From Auanema rhodensis (taxonomy: Eukaryota; Animalia; Nematoda): 64,000 nt of DNA. Below the pieces are notes generated by a model, which was not told the DNA's origin, made no database searches, and was given only the letters and a program-made list of their open reading frames with translations. Made by a program: the position numbers and the translations under genes. Each line of letters opens with the position of its first letter. Position 1 is the stretch's first letter. Of the stretch, positions 1 to 14,100 are shown piece after piece. Location: the NCBI GenBank assembly GCA_964057225.1, contig OZ059894.1:15562001-15626000 (forward strand), given 5' to 3'.

Positions 1-449
1 ATATGATATAATCATTGATACATGATTAGATAAAAGTTGATGTTCTTTATTTTAAGAATATAAAATAATTGTAAACATTTTGCGAATTCCTGGAATATTC
101 AAAGAAATAGACTGATTCTTAATATTTTAGACCTTTAAACTTCCTTGAACTCGCACGCGATGTCGCACGCATAGGTCATATATACGTGATCTATGGGATT
201 ATTCTCTGTATTTAACTCCTTTTCTGGTTCAATTTCTGTTTGTATACCTACATGCTACGATTCAAACTATTATTATTTAAACGATAATGATCAGCCAACT
301 TTTCTTTCGAACATCGAACAACTTTTATTGTTATTGATTTCTCAAGTGCTTAATAGAGTACCTTTACTGCACGTGTTTAATTTTCCTAGACTTGTTCCAA
401 CTTGCTCTGAACTTGAACAATTTTAATTGTAGAGTAGCATTTACCGTAA

Positions 450-2850
450 ATGGATGGTGAGAATGATGGATTTATAGGATTTGTTAGAGCAGTAAGTGAA
501 GTTGAAGCAGTCTCTCCGGATGCCTCAAGTGATGAGAAGCCAGTATGCAATGTTTGCTTTTCTACGTAATGCTATTCTGTTTTTAGTCGTGTTCAAAGAG
601 AAAATCATCAATGGAAATCGATAAAGTTGTTAATCAAGGTAAACGTTCTAAGGATAAAGCTCAAGATAGAGAACTAAATATGAATGGGTAAGTCTTTTTG
701 TTACTTCGTACTGTTTAAGTAATAAGTTCATATCTTTCAGGCTGCTAATCGATTCCGATGAAGAATATATGGATGTTTGCGATGAAGACCATGCTGAAGT
801 TGTTGCACCATGGGTGAAACAATTTCAGGTATATTCATGAAATATTTTGGACCTGTTTTTAATTTTAAGACTATGGGACGTGCATGTCAAAAGTCAGCCC
901 TTAAAGCTTTAGTTGATACATTGGGTCTTCAACACGTTCGTCAACTTAGGCGAATAATAGAACCCCATTTTCAAAAAGATTTTCTCGCTGTTCTTCCTCG
1001 TGAGGTATGCTTCGAACTTGTTGGAATAATTTAAATATTTATCTAATATAGATAGCTCTATTGATATTGGCGAATCTTTCTCCTGAAGATATCTGTAGGG
1101 CGTCGCTTGTTTCATCAACATGGTATTCATTGTGTAGTGACGATTGGCTTTGGCGCATGAAATGCGAAGATTATGGACTTAGTAGAAGTGATGCCAGGAT
1201 TTTCCCAAGGTTTACTTGTTTCTTATTATATTATAGTAACACGTTTTCATCTAGTGTTCGATCCGAAGGTGCATGGGCAGCAACAGCTTATAGTAAGTTG
1301 ACTGTTGAAATGGACCATCTAACAGGCAATGCTTTGAAAGAATATAGAAAACAACGTGAAGTTCATTTCGGGCCGTGAGTTTGCATTTTAAAATTCATAG
1401 TAAGACTAATATAACTGCAGGGTTTTCGAAATATCTAAATATAAATCTCTTTTCCTTCGATATTGTCGGGTGAACTCAAACTGGAGGAAAAACCCTATTG
1501 GAGGAAGTTGTTTACTTCGTGGTCATGAAGAACATGTCATTACATGTCTACAAGTATATATAAACCTCTAAAGCAATATTATGTTATTTATGTTTTCAGA
1601 TTAATAATGATATTATAGTTACGGGTTCTGATGACAATTCTTTGAAAGTATGGAGTATCTCTAAAGGCAAAGTAAGAAATTATTTGTTATTTTTCATAGT
1701 ATCTGTATGCATTTAGTTATTATTCTCTCTAATTGGCCATACTGGAGGAGTATGGACTTCTCAATTATCAAAAGATGGTAAATTCATTATGAGTGGATCA
1801 ACAGATCGAACTGTCAAAGTTTGGAGCGGAACGGATGGATCTCTTATATATACCTTGAACGGGCATACGAGTACTGTGCGATGCATGAGTCTACATGGAA
1901 CAATGTTAGTATATGAAACAATTATTTTTTTCTATAGGACTACTGCTTAGACTGGTATCAGGTTCACGTGATGCTTCATTACGTGTTTGGTGTATTGTCA
2001 CTGGTACTTGTCTTCAACACCTTACTGGTCATCAAGCAGCAGTAAGATGTGTTCAATTTGATGGCCGAAGGGCTGTATCTGGTGCATATGATTTTAACGT
2101 TAAAGTAAGTGTATATATCATATTATTTGCTGTAGCTTCGGACTTTAAGGTCTGGGATATTATTACTGGAAAATGTATTTATACGCTTCATGGTCATACA
2201 AATCGTGTTTACTCTCTTCTTGTTAGTTTATACTATAAAAGTATATAATTTTAAAATTTATTTCAGTTTGATAGTGAAAGGGACTTAGTTGTTTCTGGAA
2301 GTTTGGATACAACTATTCGGGTTTGGGATATTAGCAAAGGAGTTTGCCTTAATATATTAAATGGACACACTAGTCTAACTTCTGGAATGCAACTCCGTGG
2401 GAATATTCTTGTATCTTGTAATGCAGATAGCTCCGTGAGAGTAAGTCGATTTTTCGTTGTTATAGTTAAAATTTTATATTTGAAGGTCTGGGACATTAAT
2501 AAAGGCGTTTGTGTTCATCGTTTAGATGGGTTAAATGGTCACACATCAGCCATTACTTCTTTACAGTTTTTGGATAATAATTTAGTAGCTACCAGTAGTG
2601 ATGATGGTTGTGTGAAATTGTGGGATGTAGAAAAAGGTTTTTTGTTCATTATTCAACGTTAATTTTAATATTAAATACTTTTTAAGGAGTATTTGTTCGG
2701 AATATTCTTCGTTTGCATTCACGTAGTAATGGTGGATGTGTGTGGCGCTTGCGAGCAACTGAAAACCTTTTAGCCTGTGCAATAGGTTCCCGGAACGGTA
2801 CGGAAGATACTAAGCTAATATTATTGGATTTCGATTCACCATTCGCTTAA
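450..2850 (+). CDS. sel-10: F-box/WD40 protein, FBXW7/SEL-10 orthologue (multi-exon)
   Basis: Spliced translation gives an F-box ([33 protein letters not shown]) and WD40 repeats with the phosphodegron-binding Arg motifs [19 protein letters not shown] and HQAAVRCV. It ends in the FBXW7-type C-terminus [20 protein letters not shown] at 450, TAA at 2848-2850; many 40-50 nt GT-AG introns. Confidence 0.93.
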
Positions 2851-3297
2851 CTTTGTTATGTATACTGTTAATTCTTTATGTTGTGATATTCTACAGGTAT
2901 CCATTAAGTCCCTATTCATCTATTTAGCTGTGTATATTTTTTTTTGTTTTTAACCATATTAACACTTCTTTTTTTCTAACCTATCAAGCTTTTTTTCTCT
3001 GTTTGTTTATTTATCTAGTCTTAATATGTTTTGTACTTTGCTATATATATTACAGATAGATAGTGATCCCATATCCAGGTATCATGGCTGGCACATGAAA
3101 ACCTCTTTTTTTGGTACTTTTCACTGTAATTTGAATGTACATACACTAAATTATTGTAACCGTGTGGTACATACTTTTTCCTGTATCAATCGTCTTTCTA
3201 TGATTTAGGAGTTTTTCGAATGAACTTTATGCGTTTTGTCTTGCTGATTATCCTTTACAAGTTGTGAACTCAAGTTTATTGCATATCAATGAAAAGC

Positions 3298-3326
3298 ATA
3301 TATATATATATATATATCTATATATA
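3298..3326. repeat. (TA)n microsatellite
   Basis: atatatatat... run between sel-10 and the CCA-enzyme gene. Confidence 0.9.
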
Positions 3327-3363
3327 TTCCAATATTTCCTAGGCATTTGAAGTTTTCAAGTGT

Positions 3364-5521
3364 ATGGGCAAAAGTCTTTGGCTGAACTCTACCCTAATTA
3401 GATGTTTTAGTAGTTACAAAGTCCCAAATATAATATTGACACCAAGAATGCCCGAAATTTTGAATATAGCTGATAAAAAAGAATTCAGGTAAAATACTTA
3501 GAACACCTGGCAACTATTATTTTATATTTAGAGCAATTCTAACAAAACCGATTTTTACATTGAAAGATCTTTTCGAGAAAAATAATTATGAAATCAGGTA
3601 CCAAAGTCAAATATTCCAATTTTCATGCAAACTTACTTAGAATCGCTGGTGGAGCTGTTAGGGATATCCTAATGGGTAAACAAGCTGCTGATTTAGATTT
3701 TGCTAGTACAGCAACACCTACACAGATGAAGGTTTTCATTAATATATTACTGAGCTATATACATTTTTGAATATGTAGGAAATGTTCGAAACTGAAGGGA
3801 TTCGAATGCTTCATAAGAAGGGGGAAGAGCACGGCACTATAACATGTCGTATTGATGAAACAAATTTAGAAGTAACCACACTCAGGTAATATAATCGCTT
3901 ATTGGTCGTTTCATTTAATATTATAAATTAGTATTTCGCCTATTGACAACATCTATTTCACTTTTATATTGAAGGCAAATATAAAAAATGTTTTTAGAAT
4001 CGATGTTCTGTGTGATGGTAGAAGAGCTGAAGTCCAATACACCACGGATTGGCAATTAGATGCAAATCGTCGTGATCTAACTATAAATTCCATGTTTTTA
4101 GGTAACTTACGCACCCGTCTTTATCTTTTAAATTTTTTTTAGACTTCAATGGTAATGTTATTGATTATTTCAATGGAATTGAAGATGTTAAAAACAGAAG
4201 AGTTGCATTCGTAGGGGATGCCGAATCCCGCATTCAAGAAGATTTTCTAAGAATTTTGCGGTGACTAAGCACTATCTCTCATATTTGGAAAATCTTATTT
4301 AATCTTTCAGATACTTCCGATTCTTTGGACGAATTTCTGAAAATAAAGTTCATGATGCTGAGACTTTGGAGGCAATTAAAAGAAACAAAGATGGATTGAA
4401 AGTAGGTGCTCATTGATGTTTGGTTGTGTTCATCAAATATTTTAAAGGGAATTAGTGCTGAAAGAATATGGACCGAATTGAAACGTATCGTCGTTGGGCG
4501 ACTTGCTCCTGATGTAACTTTGAAATTAGTTCCTGGTTTTACAGCCATTTATAGGTGATGGAATGTATGATGGTTGAATGTGGGCTTTGCGAAGTTTTAG
4601 GACTCCCTCCACCGGAAGAATGCGATTTAGAAAGATTTAGACAAGTGGATGCAATTCACATGAATCTTCCTAACGTTTGATGGCTTTAGGTTTATGAGTT
4701 GTACCCAGGGAAACCAGAAGCCATGGCTCTGATCAGCGTGCTTGTGAAAACTACTGATGCTGTTACGAAGTTCCATAGACATATGAAGGTTTTTTCTGAA
4801 ATGAAAACATTATCCTGATCCCAATTTCTAAGTGTTCTAACAATGAGAGCTATTTGGGAGATTTTGTCACAAAGAAACTTAGCGAAGCTGAGAAAGAAAA
4901 GAATAATTTGAAATGGTTCAAAGATGGAATTGCTGAACTTTTAAAGCCCGGAGGCGTAGGTGGTATGTTTTTATTTTTTTTTTTTTTCAACATATTTTTA
5001 TGACAAAATAATTCGTTTAATTTAGGTGTTTTGAAAAATAACAGTAGAAGTTTCAATATTCAATTACTGATGGCTGCTTTGGCCGATATGGAGACCGTTG
5101 AAGCATTAGAAGCGTGGGAATTTCCTCATTTCCCTATTACTGGTAATGTTATAGTAGGATTAATGAAATAATCCTTTCAATTATAGGAACTGACCTGATG
5201 GAAATAGGTGTACCTAGAGGTCCAGCTATGAAAGATGTTTTAATGAAAGTGTATGAGCATTGGCAGGAGGTCTTATTATAACAATTCGTTAAAAAAATAA
5301 AAGTAAATAATTTAGAAAAACTTTGAAATAGAAAAACCTGCGCTTCTACAAAAGGCTACTGAAATAGCATTGGAAATAAAAAATAAAAGAAAACGATCAC
5401 CAAGTAGTGAGAGAAGTAGGAAGAAGTCTGGTTAGTAATGTTGAGAAACCATGTAAATTATTATTTCTGTGAATTTTTTCTAGAAAACGAATCTCCAGCA
5501 TCAAAGAAACCAGTTAACTAA
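3364..5521 (+). CDS. CCA tRNA nucleotidyltransferase (TRNT1-like, class II)
   Basis: Motifs [40 protein letters not shown] and [16 protein letters not shown]-terminal presequence-like segment from ATG 3364 with a second in-frame ATG at 3448. Basic C-terminal tail [14 protein letters not shown]. The last exon (5484-5521) is inferred. Confidence 0.92.
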
Positions 5522-7398
5522 CTGCGTTTTCATTATTTGTTATTTGTTATTTGTTAATTAAACAGATTCGTTATATAATAAATTCACTTTGTGATGTTCA
5601 AGTTTGAAATAAAGCTGTTACTTAAATCCTGAAAGTTCATTTTTTCTGCTTAAGTGAATGTATGAATAATCATAGACAATAAAAACTATAAAGCTGTATT
5701 GAAGTTTTCAACCAGATGCAGTCTATTAATATTATATTCAAGAATGCCAACAGCAATTTGTAGTATGATCTTATTCTTACTGAGCGTTTGGGGAATCATG
5801 ATTTATTTTACCACATTTGTTTTTGTTGTACTCATTTTTCTTGTAAAATGTGCATATAGCCGGATGGTTTACGATATGACACCTTATACTTTATTATAAT
5901 ATTATATTCTTAAATAGAACATGCATGCATAAATTATTAGATATTTTATTTCCCTCATCGTCTCATATAGATAAAGAAAAATAGAAGTTGTAGGCGAAGG
6001 TTCATGGAAAAATATTTGTAGATAGAGACATATTGCATTTTGGTTCTCCAAAGTTTTCACAAAATCTCAAACAAAAGCTTAGCCCCTTTAAGGATATTAC
6101 TTTATGAATTGAAGGGTCATCAGTTTCTCTCGGTCATTTTGAAACTTTTATGAGAGTTTTATTATGCACAAACTTATAATCATCCAATTTTCTCGGAAAA
6201 TAAAGTGTTTGATGTCTTGGGAGGGCGCTTAGATACATAAGTTGCACTTAATCTAATTCAGGAAACAAAGATCACAAAATTGAGGAAAAATATTAAATAG
6301 TGAATGAAATATATTTTTATTTTAGTAATATCCTCCTTTTTTATGTTATAACTACTGTTAATCTCGAGTTAAATGACGTTTATTACGTGACATAAAACAC
6401 GAAGCCATTTCCATTTGTTTTTGTGCAGAATACATAGGTCGGTTGTAAGAATATTTTATTTTTACTTATAATAATTAATACATTTTCCTGGAAAAAAGGA
6501 AAGGTAGTCATTATCTCTGTTTAATTATTTATTTGCTGTTAAAACTGCATAAATTTGGTTATTTATTTAATATCTTTGTTTAGACATCGTAAACTTTTTC
6601 TCACGCAGAAACAAAATCATTTATCTACTTCCTATTTGTGTCTTCTTCTTGCTTTAATACGTTGTCAACCAACTTTGCTTGCTTAAAAAGAAATAAGGGA
6701 GATACATAAGAACATAAAAAGAAAAGAGGTGAAGAGCGAAATCGAAATATATAGAGAAGAGAGAATCGGAGAGGAAGAAAAAGCGTAAAGCCCCCAATGA
6801 GAATTAATTTCTTTAATGGAAAAGTAAACGTCATATCGAATGGCCATTCTTCGGCCAATATGCATAAAAGCCCAGCTCAGACTCTACCCTCTGGATCTTA
6901 TCATGCCATAGCATATGCCTTTTTGCTTTTTTAAAATTTTTGTTTCTGAATTTATGTCCCAAAAATTGCATTTTCTGGTTTTTCCTTCATATATTGTTAT
7001 CTTGTGTGTCAAATTGTCTCTAGCAATTGGCAAACGTTATAGATATGTTGTTGTTATAAATCGTCCAAAATACGGTTCAACCGATTGTATTCCGCTTTGC
7101 GGAATAGAGCTATTCTTCATTTTAGTTGTTCGTTGTCTTCAAAATCATCGTCAGAAAGCGAATACAAGTTTTCAACGCTTCATAGAAAAAAACTTCAATA
7201 TTGCACTCAGTGAATTGAAAAACCCTGAAAACATTTATGTTTTTCTCACATCAGCACAAACTAAAAGCTGAAAAAAGGAGAGAATAAAGATGACAACCTA
7301 AAGTACGGGCAATGAACAAGTTCGATGAAGACTATGAAGATGCCATTTCTGACATACGCAGTATTCTGCTTCTGAAATGACATTTAAATGTGATTGCG

Positions 7399-7406
7399 TG
7401 ACGTCA
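7399..7406. promoter_or_regulatory. Perfect CRE palindrome TGACGTCA (others at 10308-10315 and 35500-35507)
   Basis: Exact motif match in AT-rich intergenic DNA; function not shown. Confidence 0.35.
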
Positions 7407-9773
7407 TATGATTCTTCATGTCGTCTTCAATGCTGCCTTTGCATCTCATTGGGTTCCATGATTTCGTTGTTCATTCTATTTGATGCTACTTCATTTTTCC
7501 CATGTAAGACTTCAAGAAGAGTCCTTTGCTTCATATTCGTTTCCTCCCTTTTCATCTTATGTGCTTAGCTTTTACGTATATACATGCATAGACCCAAAAA
7601 AAAAGATGAACGACAATTCCTTCACGGAAGTAGGCAGTCAGTACTAGTAGCTAGAAAACAGAATGCCGGATCAGATATAATTAATTGGTCTCCTAGCTCT
7701 AAATCCTTTTCTAAATTCAGGGTTACACCTGCATTCCATATGTTAGAAATCAATTACAATTGGAAAAAATTTTGAAACAATTTTGCAGATATTAGCGTCC
7801 CTACAATCTTATTGAATTTCGATGCTTCTGATGTGCAGTTAATTTGGAAATTTAAAATTACTCTACATTGTTTCTTTTCAAATTCATCTATTAATTAGAT
7901 AATTTATCTAAATTTGGTCTTTACAAAATTATTTTTTTGGCTATATATATGAAAAACATGAAGACTACGATATCTACAATTGGATTTTAGAATTCTCTGA
8001 AGTGATATTCCGTTTAGTGTCGAAGTTTCACGCGTTATCAAGATTTGGCATAACTATTGACGTCCATATACTAGTCCACTTCACCATATGTGCGCCTTCA
8101 ATTTTGTTTCATAACTCTCGCAGATAATATATGATTGGAAAAGTTGATTGGGCATTAGATATTCAGTCTTTGAACATCATGAGCTTATTTTATAGACTGC
8201 AGATTTGAATTAAAATAGTAGTATACTGGATAACCATTTAAGATTTTCCTCAAGTTCATCTGTCTCTCTCTCTCCCTCTGAAGTTACAATTCTCTCTCAC
8301 TTTTTCTCTTTTTCTCTAAAGCAATTCATCTCCTGGGGTAATAGTAGTATTCTGGGTGTTATGTGTAATTCTACAGCCCTCTGGAAAGAAATGATGGGCT
8401 AGAGATAAGGTGGTTCGTGTGTGCAACAAGAAGTGGCTGAGTAAACGAGGGAACATGAAGCTCAGATAGGGAGAGTGGAGCAAGATATGAGAAGAGAAAG
8501 AAAAAGAATTGAGCCAGGATAGAGAGAAAAAGAAAGGAAGGAGGGAGAGAGAGAAAGAGAGAGAGAAAAGATGGGAGTGCAGGAGGGATCTTACTTATTG
8601 ATTTCCGTCTGCCTCTCCGTTTACTTGCTCTCTCGTTTGTATGTTTCCCTCTGCTTCTCCTATGCCTGAGGCTATGTAGAGGTGTATATGTCTGGTTCCT
8701 CCTCAACATTAGACATACTGCATTGTAGAATTTCTTTGTCTTTTGATTTCTTTTGTTTTCTCTGTCTTTTCTACGGATCTCAATTACTTTCTTTCTTTTT
8801 TCGTTCTTTTTCATCTTTCTATCTTTTCTTTTGCAACTGTGCCTGCCAATACTAACAATGATGAGCATAAGTCTTGCTTATACCTATCATTTCCATTTTT
8901 GACAAAAACTTTGCGAAGTGGCAAACAACAACAACCTTTTCTGAATAAGTTGTTTCCTCCTCACATCACCTTCTCAGTATCTACTAAGTACTTTGAAGTA
9001 TTAGTTTCTCTTTCTTAAAAAAAAGAGCAGGGATTCAATTCAAATATTTGAATTGAAAAGATATTATTCTAACCCTGACATCAAAAATCAAACTGATTTA
9101 CATATACGTTATTAAATCAAATTGTATCTTCGAATTTCTGAATTTTCTAGTTATAATTTGATTATATTATGAACACATATATAATCTATTCAATATATTC
9201 TTAAATACTGATTTAATTAACATCTCTATATCTAATTTATGTTTGATTTTAGTTTTTCCTATACTAACCCAATAATTGTGTGAATCAAACAAACTACAAA
9301 CTTATGTTATCTTGTGCCTCATGACAGTAGTAAAAATCATGTAAAACATTATAATTAATATTATTTTTAATCACTTTGTTCTAAGAGCAAGTATGTGTTA
9401 TATTATGTTTTAACAATTAAAAGTTGTTAAAGATACTGAAAATAACATTAGTTTTTCTAAACTTCATTGATTTAACCATCAATATATAATATATATTCCA
9501 ATTTATTCACTTTTTTCATAATAATTATCATTTTTGTTTTCCATTTAATTAGGACTGTTACATCTTTTTTTAAGTTTTTCTCATGTAATTCTCTTATTTC
9601 TGGTGTTCTTTACAAATTTTTGTTTCCAATTTGTCTTGTCTTCAATTATTACTGTCAGATGTCATGAATAATATTAAAATATGAATTGTTATAAGCAATA
9701 TATACTGCTAGGAAAATTATTCTCTCCAACTCCATTTTCTGTTCCTGCAATAGACATAGAGATTGGTAACAAG

Positions 9774-9779
<6 letters not shown>

Positions 9780-9813
<34 letters not shown>

Positions 9814-9840
9814 GAGCGGGGGGAGGGTTGAGGGGGGAGA
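9780..9840. repeat. (GA)n microsatellite followed by a G-rich tract
   Basis: gagagagaga... of about 30 nt, then ggggagggttgagggggga. Confidence 0.9.
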
Positions 9841-11023
9841 GTAGTGTTTGTGTTATATTACAGTTATAATATATTATCGAGTACAAGGTTACAAGTGAAA
9901 CAATAATTTTAGCTTCTGTCGCTACTTACCCTCTTCTCTCATTCATTATTTCAGAATCTGTCCTTTTAGCCCATTTCAGTTCTGATCAAACACAATGTTG
10001 AGTTTTAGATGGATGTGGTAGTGAAACCTGAGGAGGCTTCCGTCATATTCAGCCTTCTTTCAGAATACTTTTCAACAATTATATTCTGAATTATTAGGAA
10101 TATTGTAGTGGAAATGCTAATGATGAGAGAGCGTAGAGTAAAGAAAGATGAAAAGAAGCGATAAATGGGAGAGAAATAGTACGAGTGTTCTTGAATAATT
10201 GTTACGTTTGTTACATAATTTTGAATCGAATATTGCTTCAATTTGCAATTACAATATAATTATTTTTGGCATAAAAGCATAATTAAGCGATTACTTGATA
10301 TCATACATGACGTCAATCTGATCGGCCTCTCTGAGTATAACTTATGAAAGCCTGGAGTTGTCTTCAACACATCTTTTTGGCTTCGAAAGATATTTAGAAG
10401 CCCTTCTCTCTACTTTCTTTTATCAGTGTGGTCTTTCTCAGTTTCTATCTGATATAACGTATAGAGTTCTTCTTCTCTACGATTGCGGAAATAAATTATA
10501 AAGTTTCGGGCGTATATTCGCAGATATAACAGCTTCATTAGCGATGAAGTCATAGATGGTGATGCATTCAGAAATTTAATCTTTTTTCTTTCGATGGCTT
10601 GAAACTTTGAAATTATCTTAACGAAGAGGTGACATCACTGTTAAGAGGAAATGTGAACAAACAACCTATCACATCTTAATTCAAATGCCAAGAGTACTTT
10701 AAGAGTTAGGCTCAACGATGGATTATCTCAAACTTGAAGCTTTTAATCAATTATCGTTAAAGCTTGCTATACATCATTAAAACTATTTCTACAAAAAAAG
10801 AATTTAACGTTCCTACTTCTCTGGTTCATATCAGTTTAGAAAAACTTTCACAACTGTCGATACGTTGTCAAAACAGCCGCCGTCCTCAGCTTACTTTACA
10901 TCCTTACCTTGCTTGCAACGTCATATTCCCTTTGCACGACATCATTCTAATTTGTTGAATGTCCTAACCAAGACAACACATTTTTCTTTTTAATGTATTT
11001 TCAGTTTCAACGTTATAAGAATC

Positions 11024-11122
11024 ATCTCCTCCTTCTCCTCCTCCTCCTCCTTCTTATTCTTCTTCTTCTTATTCAGCTTGTTCTTCTCTTTTGCCTTCTT
11101 TTCTTCTTCTTTTTTTCTTTTT
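11024..11122. repeat. (TCC)n/(TCT)n low-complexity pyrimidine tract
   Basis: ctcctccttctcctcctcctcctccttcttattcttcttcttctt... Confidence 0.85.
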
Positions 11123-14100
11123 CTGCTGGGAGCCTCGTTGTGTTCTAGAGAAAGACAAGATTTTTCATGTTACTCCCTCATACACCTCGCATATTTTCTT
11201 TTCATATTTACTATTTTCAGTAGTTTACTCTTGACTTGGTGAAGAAGATCTTAATCCCACTGAATCAGCTGATATTCTGAATATAAAAAAAAACAAAAAA
11301 AACACCAGCGTTACGTAAAAAACTTCTTCATTTAACGAAATCCTCAGTGATACTCTTGTATCCTGAAGAACGTTTCCCATAGCTCGTTCGGCAGATAACA
11401 AAATTCATTCAGCTAGTTATTCTTGGAAAAAATAAACAACAAAATCCAAATGTGTGCATGCCACAATCTTTTCTAATGAATTTTCTTGATGAAGTCCACC
11501 ATTTTTTAGAAAATTTTCGAAGGCAATGTATATCTGGATGTAATATTCATGAGGCATTTCCTGATTTTTGCATTCTCCTTCTTCCCATTTTATAGTTTAT
11601 TCACTAATTCCGGAGGCTTTCTCTTAACTACGGGGTGACACTTCCTTGCTTGTCTTAACAACAGGCCAAATATGGGATATCTACATACATATATATCTTG
11701 ATCATATTAATATCTTCAAAAAATTTTTTAATCAATGTAATTGCCTTATCATACACATATTCCAAGTATTTTAAATAATCAAGTTATTCGTCTGAATAGA
11801 ACTTCCTTGTTATGCGTAAGCTCATAATGAAAAACAGATATTTTCATAAAGTCTGCTGATATAATCCAAATCTTCAAATTAAATTTACACTATTTCATGT
11901 TTTCACCGTATTTGCATATGAAAATTGATAAAGGAATCAGATGTCAGTAGTGAAAAGAAGTTTTTCTTAAAGTGAGAAGCCGCGATACGTCTTCTGTTTT
12001 CTATTTTTAAACTAATTCTCAAACGTTTTCTGGCATTGTTAAAAACCAAGTAATTCAATAGGATATTTTCTAAAACTATAATCAATAAAAATATATTTAA
12101 CACATACTTATGTATAGTGTCTAGGCCTTCAATCCATATAGTGAAGTTATAGTTTAATTTTTTGTTTTGTTTTCGAGTTTGAATTTGATTTTTCTCTCAT
12201 TTTTTTCATAGATTTCCATCATTATCGTCGTTGTCAATGCTTTTTTTCTTCTGATACTCTCGTTTTATGGGCTCTGCAGATGGACATTCAGAGTCTATTT
12301 CCTTTTTTCATTTGGCTAATACAGCTGTCGTGTGTTCGTTCTAAGATTCATTTCGACTTCAAATCACTTTCTTTTGGATTACTAACTAGATTCTAATTTT
12401 GCAAATTTTCTATAGCCTGAACTTTTCCATCGACTTCTTTATTAAATTAAGTGTCATGTGCAGAAGGGAAAAAATAAAAGAATGTGTAAAGTCTTACATC
12501 GAATATGTTAAAAGAACCATGTTTCCGCCAGCTTTTTGACACCATTTCCTCCTCCAAACTAAATCCTTATGTTGAACAAACAACGTGAAAACGGCAGAAG
12601 AATAAGAAGCATGTCTGGATGAAGATCTCTTGAGCATCTCATCCACTTCTACGCTTCTATGGATGAGAAAGCAAAAAAAGTAAATGAGAGAAGAGTGTAG
12701 AGAGAAAAGGAGAATGTTAATGAGAGAAGAACAGAGAGAGAGACATAAAGAGGTCAGAGGAAGCCTAAAAGAGGATTGAACCAGAGGTCTGCCGCTGCTC
12801 CTCATTGCTCGTGATTGCCTATTCATGGAAGAGATTGGGTCTTGCCTCATCCGCTCATTTCCCTCCATCCTACTCTTTCCTACTAGCATGTTCCGCTTCT
12901 CCTTATTTTCTCCTCTGTTTGCGTCTCCCTCTCTCCCTCTTACTCGCTTTCTCTTCGCTGTCACTCGAACTCTTTTTGCACCTTTTTCTCGTTTTTCTTT
13001 CATTTTTTCTCTCTTCATCCAATCCGTCATGCTCCATCAATTTATTCAATGTATGACTTTATCCTCTATTTCATGTATTATATTTCGTGTCATCTTATTC
13101 AATTCTTTACCTACACACCTTTAATCTAAAATAGCTCTCCAGCTTCTTTTCAAATTATTTGCCAAAGCATCACCAACAGAAGATAAATATGTATGTATCT
13201 GCCATATGACGAATAAGTAGGAAACGTGAAAATAAAAAGGTTTTACGTGGAATTTTCGAATACAATGTAAAAGCTTTATATTTCATTTATAATTTTTTGG
13301 CGCTCACACATGGTTGTTCTCTACAATATCCATATGTTTATTATACATTATTACAAAAGTCTATTCATTTTTTTCTCTTAATATAAACATAAATTGTAGT
13401 AAAGGTGTTATAAAATGATTCCAGCTGTGAATAATAATTTTGTCTCTCTACGAACTATAATTCACAAATACAATTTTGCGCTGAACCATTTTTTCTCTTT
13501 ATTTATTTTCGAATCGTAATTTAATTCAACGAATTAAATTCCAATCTTACTTTCTTTTTGTTTTTCATGAAACATTGAAGTTCTATTTATGTTTTTTACT
13601 GATATTATTATACGCAATAATAAAAGAAGAAAACTATCTAAATTGGATGAGTTTCTGCATTTTCCGGGCAAACACACTCCAGATTCTCTGCTTTTTTTTT
13701 TCGTTGAAGAAAAAAATATTGAAAAAGCAAATGAAACTACTTATTATCTTCATTTTCTTCACTTTATAATAACAAAGAAAGTTTGCAGTGAAAAAAGAGT
13801 TCAAGAAGAACATCATTAGCGGTTGACGAATAAGCAGGTTCTACACGATAATCCATGGAATTAGTGATTTTCAAATGAGAATCTTCATTCTTATTCTGCA
13901 GAACTCTAATCTTTCTTGAGTATATATTCTCTTATATAGCCATCTTTCATTTTAGCCATTTTATTCTTATTCTTTTTAAATTTGGAGAAAATCCTGTTTT
14001 AAGTATTGTCAAGTATTTTTGCTTTTTTTATTCTTTATTTCTACCGATTTATGCCGTCTATACTCATTCAATTGACTCACTTTTAGCTTTGAAATGCGTA

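Noticed and set aside
7299-12640. Putative minus-strand exons near 12498-12640, 11230-11276 and 7300-7371
   Set aside because: Individual splice signals exist, but I could not join them into a stop-free, protein-like frame.
8371-13124. Long ORF-track entries such as 8371-8868, 12494-13030 and 12825-13124
   Set aside because: They are translations of GA/CT low-complexity tracts (K/R/E- or F/L/S-rich), with no splice-consistent gene or domain.
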